From Azolla caroliniana (lineage: Eukaryota > Plantae > Polypodiophyta): 64,000 nt of DNA. The notes beneath the pieces are model-generated. The model saw nothing but the letters and a program-made list of their open reading frames with translations, did no database searches and was not told the origin of the DNA. The stretch lies in contig JBHGNT010000022.1 of NCBI GenBank assembly GCA_043228905.1, forward strand, positions 9,672,001 through 9,736,000, written 5' to 3'. Below, one piece after another: positions 58,837-64,000 of the stretch. Both the position numbers and the translations under genes were made by a program. Position 1 is the stretch's first letter. Each line of letters begins with the position of its first letter.

Positions 58837-60834
58837 ATGTCCGGGAGTAAATCGCTCACTGAAGAGCTCCAGCTACTCTGCAGCCAGGCCAAGCTCAAAG
58901 AGGCCTTGGACCTGTTATCGTCAAAGAGGAAGAACGGTGTCTACCCCACTTCAACTGATTATGTGTGCATAGTTCAAGGCTGTATCAGATTCAAAGCCAT
59001 AGCTGAAGGTAAAGCACTTCATGCGTACATTCTTAACAGTGGTTTAAATGCTACTATCTTTCTATGGACATCTATTATGAACATGTATATCCAATTGGGA
59101 AACCTAGCCGAAGCTCGTTATGTATTTGATAGCATGCCTGGCCGAGATTTGATAGCATGGAACATGATGATAGGAGCCTACGCTAAATTTGCAAAGCCTA
59201 GATTGGCTTTTCAGCTTTTTGGTTTCCTTGAATGTGGGGGATTGAGGCCTGATTCTGTCACTTTGGTTAGCATCCTTAAGGCATGTTCTTCATTGTCCAA
59301 TCTCAACCTCGGCATGTATATCCATGGGCATATGATGAAATTTGGTGTTGAAATCGGCCTCTTTTCAGCGAACACACTTATCAATATGTATGCAAAATGT
59401 GGGAGCATAGATGATGCTCGGGGAGTGTTTGATATGATGGCGCAACGCAATGTCGTGTCTTGGACAGCAATGATTGCTGGATATGCCAAACATGATCGAT
59501 GTATGGAGGCTTTATGCCTATATAGGAGGATGGCATGTCATGGCATATTGCCAAATGAAGTAACCTTTGTGAGTGCATTGAATGCTTGTTCTGGCATTGG
59601 AGACCTAGAAGAAGGGAAGTTGGTGTTCATGGACATGAAGCGAAGTGGGATCAAACCGAATATTTTCATGGAAAATGCATGTATTGATATGTTCGTAAAA
59701 TGTGGCAGCTTCAGTGATGCATGGCAAATATTCATGAATATGGCAGAGAGAGATGTGATAACATGGACCACAATCATTGCAGGATGTGCTCAGCAAGGTT
59801 ATTCTGACAAGGCATTGAGTCTCATTGAACAAATGAAACAGGAAGGTCTTGAACCTGGGGATGTCTCACTTGTAAGTAATTTTAATGCTTTTGCAAGCCT
59901 TGGGAACCTCGAGCATGCTAGAACGATGCATGCACTTGTATTAAACTTCTTGAATAAGACAAATGACTTTGTTGGGAGTGCACTTGTAGATATGTATATC
60001 AAATGCAAAAGCATTGATGATGCAAAGCAAGCATTCTACCAACTGCCAAAAAAGGACATTATACTGTGGAATGCCATGTTATCAGGGTATATAGTTGATG
60101 GAAATGTGGAAGAGTCTCTAGAACTCCTGCAGCAAATGGATGATGTGAAAATGGTGCCCAACAATGCCACATTCACTATAGTTTTGAATACATGTGCAAA
60201 CATGGCCGCGCTTGAACATGGAAAATACATTCATGCAAGGGTTGCGAAAGTGGGGCTTGTTTCTGATACATTCATAGGATGTGCGCTTGTTAACATGTAT
60301 ACAAAGTGTGGCATCATACAAGAAGCTGAACATGTTTTTTACAACATTCCGATGCGAGACATGGTACTGTATACCTCAATGATTGCTGGGTATGCTCAGC
60401 ATAGTGAGGGCCATGCAGCCGTAAAACTTACAAACGAGATGTGGAAGGATGGTCTCACGCCCAATCATGTCACATTTGTTGGTGTGCTGTCAGCATGTAG
60501 TCATGCTGGCCTCATTGAGGAAGCCATTAGCCAGTTTGATCATATGTATCATTTCTTTAAGATCAAGCCAATAACAGAGCATTTTGTATGCATGGTTGAT
60601 CTTTTGGGTCGTGCAGGTTGCTTGGATGAAGCAGAATTATATATCAACAAATTGACATGTAAACCTAGTGCCATGGTGTGGAGAGCATTGCTTGGCGCAT
60701 GCCGGACATTTAATGACATAGAGAGAGCAAAGTGCATAGCTAAATGCATAATCGAATTGCAACCAGATGATGAGGGGGCCTTTGTTCTATTTTCTAATAT
60801 ATGTGGTGCAGCAGTCAATGCATATGATGACTAA
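58837..60834 (+). CDS. PLS-class pentatricopeptide repeat protein with E1 and partial E2, no DYW; probable organellar RNA-editing specificity factor
   Basis: Repeating P-L-S triplets (NVVSWTAMIAGY, PNEVTFVSALNAC, NTLINMYAKCG), then CMVDLLGRAG, VWRALLGAC and FVLFSN; intronless, 665 aa. Confidence 0.95.
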   Translation: MSGSKSLTEELQLLCSQAKLKEALDLLSSKRKNGVYPTSTDYVCIVQGCIRFKAIAEGKALHAYILNSGLNATIFLWTSIMNMYIQLGNLAEARYVFDSMPGRDLIAWNMMIGAYAKFAKPRLAFQLFGFLECGGLRPDSVTLVSILKACSSLSNLNLGMYIHGHMMKFGVEIGLFSANTLINMYAKCGSIDDARGVFDMMAQRNVVSWTAMIAGYAKHDRCMEALCLYRRMACHGILPNEVTFVSALNACSGIGDLEEGKLVFMDMKRSGIKPNIFMENACIDMFVKCGSFSDAWQIFMNMAERDVITWTTIIAGCAQQGYSDKALSLIEQMKQEGLEPGDVSLVSNFNAFASLGNLEHARTMHALVLNFLNKTNDFVGSALVDMYIKCKSIDDAKQAFYQLPKKDIILWNAMLSGYIVDGNVEESLELLQQMDDVKMVPNNATFTIVLNTCANMAALEHGKYIHARVAKVGLVSDTFIGCALVNMYTKCGIIQEAEHVFYNIPMRDMVLYTSMIAGYAQHSEGHAAVKLTNEMWKDGLTPNHVTFVGVLSACSHAGLIEEAISQFDHMYHFFKIKPITEHFVCMVDLLGRAGCLDEAELYINKLTCKPSAMVWRALLGACRTFNDIERAKCIAKCIIELQPDDEGAFVLFSNICGAAVNAYDD

Positions 60835-61261
60835 CAGGAAATGAATCATGGGTCGAAAGAACACTAATATCAGACTCGTATCACACAATGCGTACATACT
60901 GCAACAAAGCTGTAACCTCTTGTTATTGAAACACTCCAGCTATGGCACAAAAGGATTATTCTATATTCCTAGAGCAGTTTACAACATACCTTTGCATCTC
61001 TCAAATTTTCATATATGAAACAGAAGCCTTCCTAAAAGGTTATGTACAGTCGATTACAGGATGTATGTCTGATCCAGCTGATTCTAAATCTGGGGCTGAT
61101 TGGATACAGTTACACTTTTTGTGCTCAGATTTGATGGCCAGTATCTGTTAGTCGAAGCTTGACCTCATACAGAGCTGTACCAGGGCAACAAATGGACTGT
61201 TACCGATGTTGACATGATCAACCCAAGGTTTGTTTTCAGTAAAAGCAAAAGGGAATGATAG

Positions 61262-61738
61262 TTTTGGATCTAGGATTCAACATAGTGTCAACAGGAAGAT
61301 TGGCGTGGTTGTGGACAGAAATTGTGCTTGTTCAAATCTCCTGCTACTCGAGAAGAGAGCTAGTTATTGGCCAAACTTAGCCAGGTGTGTCGTCATGAAC
61401 AATGGTTCTTTGTTGCAACATGTCACCTACTTTTTTCAGCTCTAAATCCAAAAGTCTCGCTCAAGATTTATCTTCAGAATTTTATCAGTAAAAGCAAGAA
61501 AATTTGTTTTCTCATAAAAATAGTCATAAGTGAGGTTTTTTCTTGAGAAAAGTAGATGATGGTTTCCTTTTCGTTTTGGATGTAGGATTCAACAATGTTA
61601 ATGAGAAGACTGGCATGGATGTAGACAGGAATTATGCGTGTTTGAATATCCTGCTTATCGAGGGAAGACCTAGTTATTGATCAACTTAGTCAGGATGTGT
61701 CTATCATCAGGTGTGTCGTCATGAACAATGGTTCTTTT
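61262..61738. repeat. Diverged direct duplication of about 150 bp
   Basis: ttttggat.taggattcaaca...caggtgtgtcgtcatgaacaatggttcttt at about 61262-61410 and 61574-61738. Confidence 0.8.
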
Positions 61739-64000
61739 TTGTACAAGTAAGAGCCGCGTCTCGCCTAGTTTTCGCAGGTTTACTTTTAAGAATCTTGCTC
61801 TAGGTTTACCTTTAGTGGATCATTTGCTTCATTGCTTGTGAGCTCAGGTTACTGTGGACATTAGTGTGATCAATTAATTTTTGTTGGGTTAGTTAATTAA
61901 AGCTTAGATTATTAAATTATTTCTTTGCTAAAAATTTTAATTTCTTTGTTTTGGGTGTTTTTGGGGCACCTATTTGAACAGAACTTTATGGTTTCTTCTA
62001 GTTCTATTTTTTTTCTTTTGGGAGGGTCTGGGGGTCTTGCTGTCTTTTCTGATGTTTTGTTTATGGCATATATAGAAAAGATGAGAAAAAAGGATGTGAT
62101 TTTATTTTTTTACTTTTCTTGGGTTTTACTGTCTTTTCTAGGGTTTCGGTTCGGGACATATATAAGATCAGATAAAACATATGATTTTATTTTTATTTTG
62201 TTTGGGTTTTACTGTCTTTTCTAGATTCTTTTCTGAGACATACATAGGATCTCAAAAAAAACATGGTTTTCAGATATGTAAAATGGATCAGTTGAAAGAC
62301 AATTTTGTCCAACTATTTTGTTTTCGCGTCTTTGGTAGGATATTTGAGCCCACACATACAACATTAACTTATTTTCATTCTTTAAGTGTATTACCACGAG
62401 GTAACGTTTGAAGCTAAGGTTCTTCACTAAATGCTCTGTTCATTGTCGGTTTTCAGTATTGGCATATATTCTTTGCCATAGTTGAAAACTGGAATGAAAT
62501 TTGGCAGTAGGATCTCTTTAAAAGTATTGAAAACTCAGTCTTTTGATTGCTTTATTGTTACTCCAGAATCTGACGAGATGGGGTGGAGCTTTGCTATAAG
62601 GACAAGCGTATGTGGATATGGTGAAAGGTATAAAGGAATATCTTTCTCAAACATACCTAGATCTTGAACATGTTTGGACTTATTTCCAAGAAGCTGTAGA
62701 AGTGATGATAAGTCTGCTCTCCTCTTCTCCTTTTGAAAAATTTCCAATTTTTTATCATGTGAAAACTTTGTCCTTAATAGAAATTCTCTTCTCCTCGATT
62801 TAGTGATGGCATATCACCATAGAATGTAAATTCTTTGGAGGTAAACTAAGGTATCGATATATTTTTTCTTAAATGGAAATACAACTCTTTATACTTGAGC
62901 ATTGTTTTTAAGCTTTAGTGTCATAGTGCTGTTTAGGTAACATGGAAGTTTACTTTGATCGCATGAACATGTGTGTTTACTTAGGAAACCATTTTGATCT
63001 CATGAACACGTGCTTCACCATAGGTAATACGATGTGTGTTTTGATGAATGTAAAGACTTTTTAGAAGGAAATGGCTGCTCATCGAGAAAAACAACCTTGT
63101 GGCATGATGTTTCTTCCTGAATCCCTTGATATCAATAAATAAATCCTTCCTAACAAAGGCATATAGGATACGATGTGATCCATCAACAAAAAATTTCGTT
63201 CTATTTTGATGGTAACATCACCCTTTTACTTGACGATGTTATTTTTTTCTTGTACTCTATTTTGCATGGTCATTTCTTCCAACTGTATACAAGATTCTGG
63301 ATTTATTGAATGTTAATGCACTTGCATTACTTGCACTATTTTATTCACTCTTCTTTTCATCACATTCGTATGCCCACATGCTACAAGATACATAGTTCTG
63401 GCCTAACATATGATGGTTTAATTTGAGGGCTAATCATTGAGAAAGTATGTGCTCTTTCCTAGGAACCTACCAATGAGTTACATCAAAAGGCAGTGGAAAT
63501 GGCAATTTAGGTATCTGCACATAGTGGTTCCAAAAAAAAGCAATTTGAAAATTTGAAGTTAAAATTTTTGCCCCAGGTAAAAGTTGTGAACTTTCTTTTT
63601 CTGGTAATCCTGGTTTTGACTTCGATATAGGTTCTAGTGTCACACCAAGAACTCCAAGGTCAGTTGGTTGCCCCAAGGGTGTAGCTTTGATTCATCTTCT
63701 GGAGGTCTTCTGCAGTCTAGCTTCCAAGGTATGGGAAAGGAAACCCTTAATAAATTAGAAGAATTTGCTGTTTGCCAAAGCACAGTGAAAGCATTTGCAT
63801 TTTATCGACATTCATTTAAACTATGCATAAATGTAATGCTTAAGGTTTTGCTTTATACTATCAAGCTCATGGGTTTAAGTCTAAAGCAATAAGTCTCTGC
63901 ATTCTTCATTGTAAAACCAGTCATGTTTTCACTTCGAGATTATTACATCAATAAGTTCATTAACCATTTTCCTCCTAAGAAAAATCCTTTGGGACTTTGA

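Overview
Land-plant nuclear DNA. A fern-like or other non-seed lineage is inferred from the transposon and PPR types, not proven. There are three host loci: an intact S40-like senescence regulator (12321-13541, -) with a dense upstream ABRE/G-box cluster, a five-exon AT1G16770-like gene that looks pseudogenised (52811-55702, -), and an intronless PLS-class PPR gene ending inside the E domain (58837-60834, +). Most of the rest is retrotransposon. A 28.5-kb non-chromovirus Ty3/gypsy element (22997-51527, TSD CAAAG) sits inside an old Copia RNase H. It hosts a near-intact Tnt1-like Copia (TSD AAGAC), a Copia (TSD ACCTA) carrying a same-family Copia in its LTR (TSD AGTCT), and a 2.1-kb solo LTR with a 9 x 105-bp array. 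A rearranged Copia/Gypsy chimera occupies 2293-8111 (TSD CCTTC). The strongest leads are three. (1) The big Gypsy has no polypurine tract and instead carries a tRNA-Arg-like 3' end, complementary to its own PBS, at the plus-strand priming position. (2) A tRNA-Trp-primed Gypsy family has LTRs that appear to begin AG/AA rather than TG. (3) The big Gypsy carries a roughly 1000-codon extra ORF broken only by TAG stops. All identities and counts are hand estimates.
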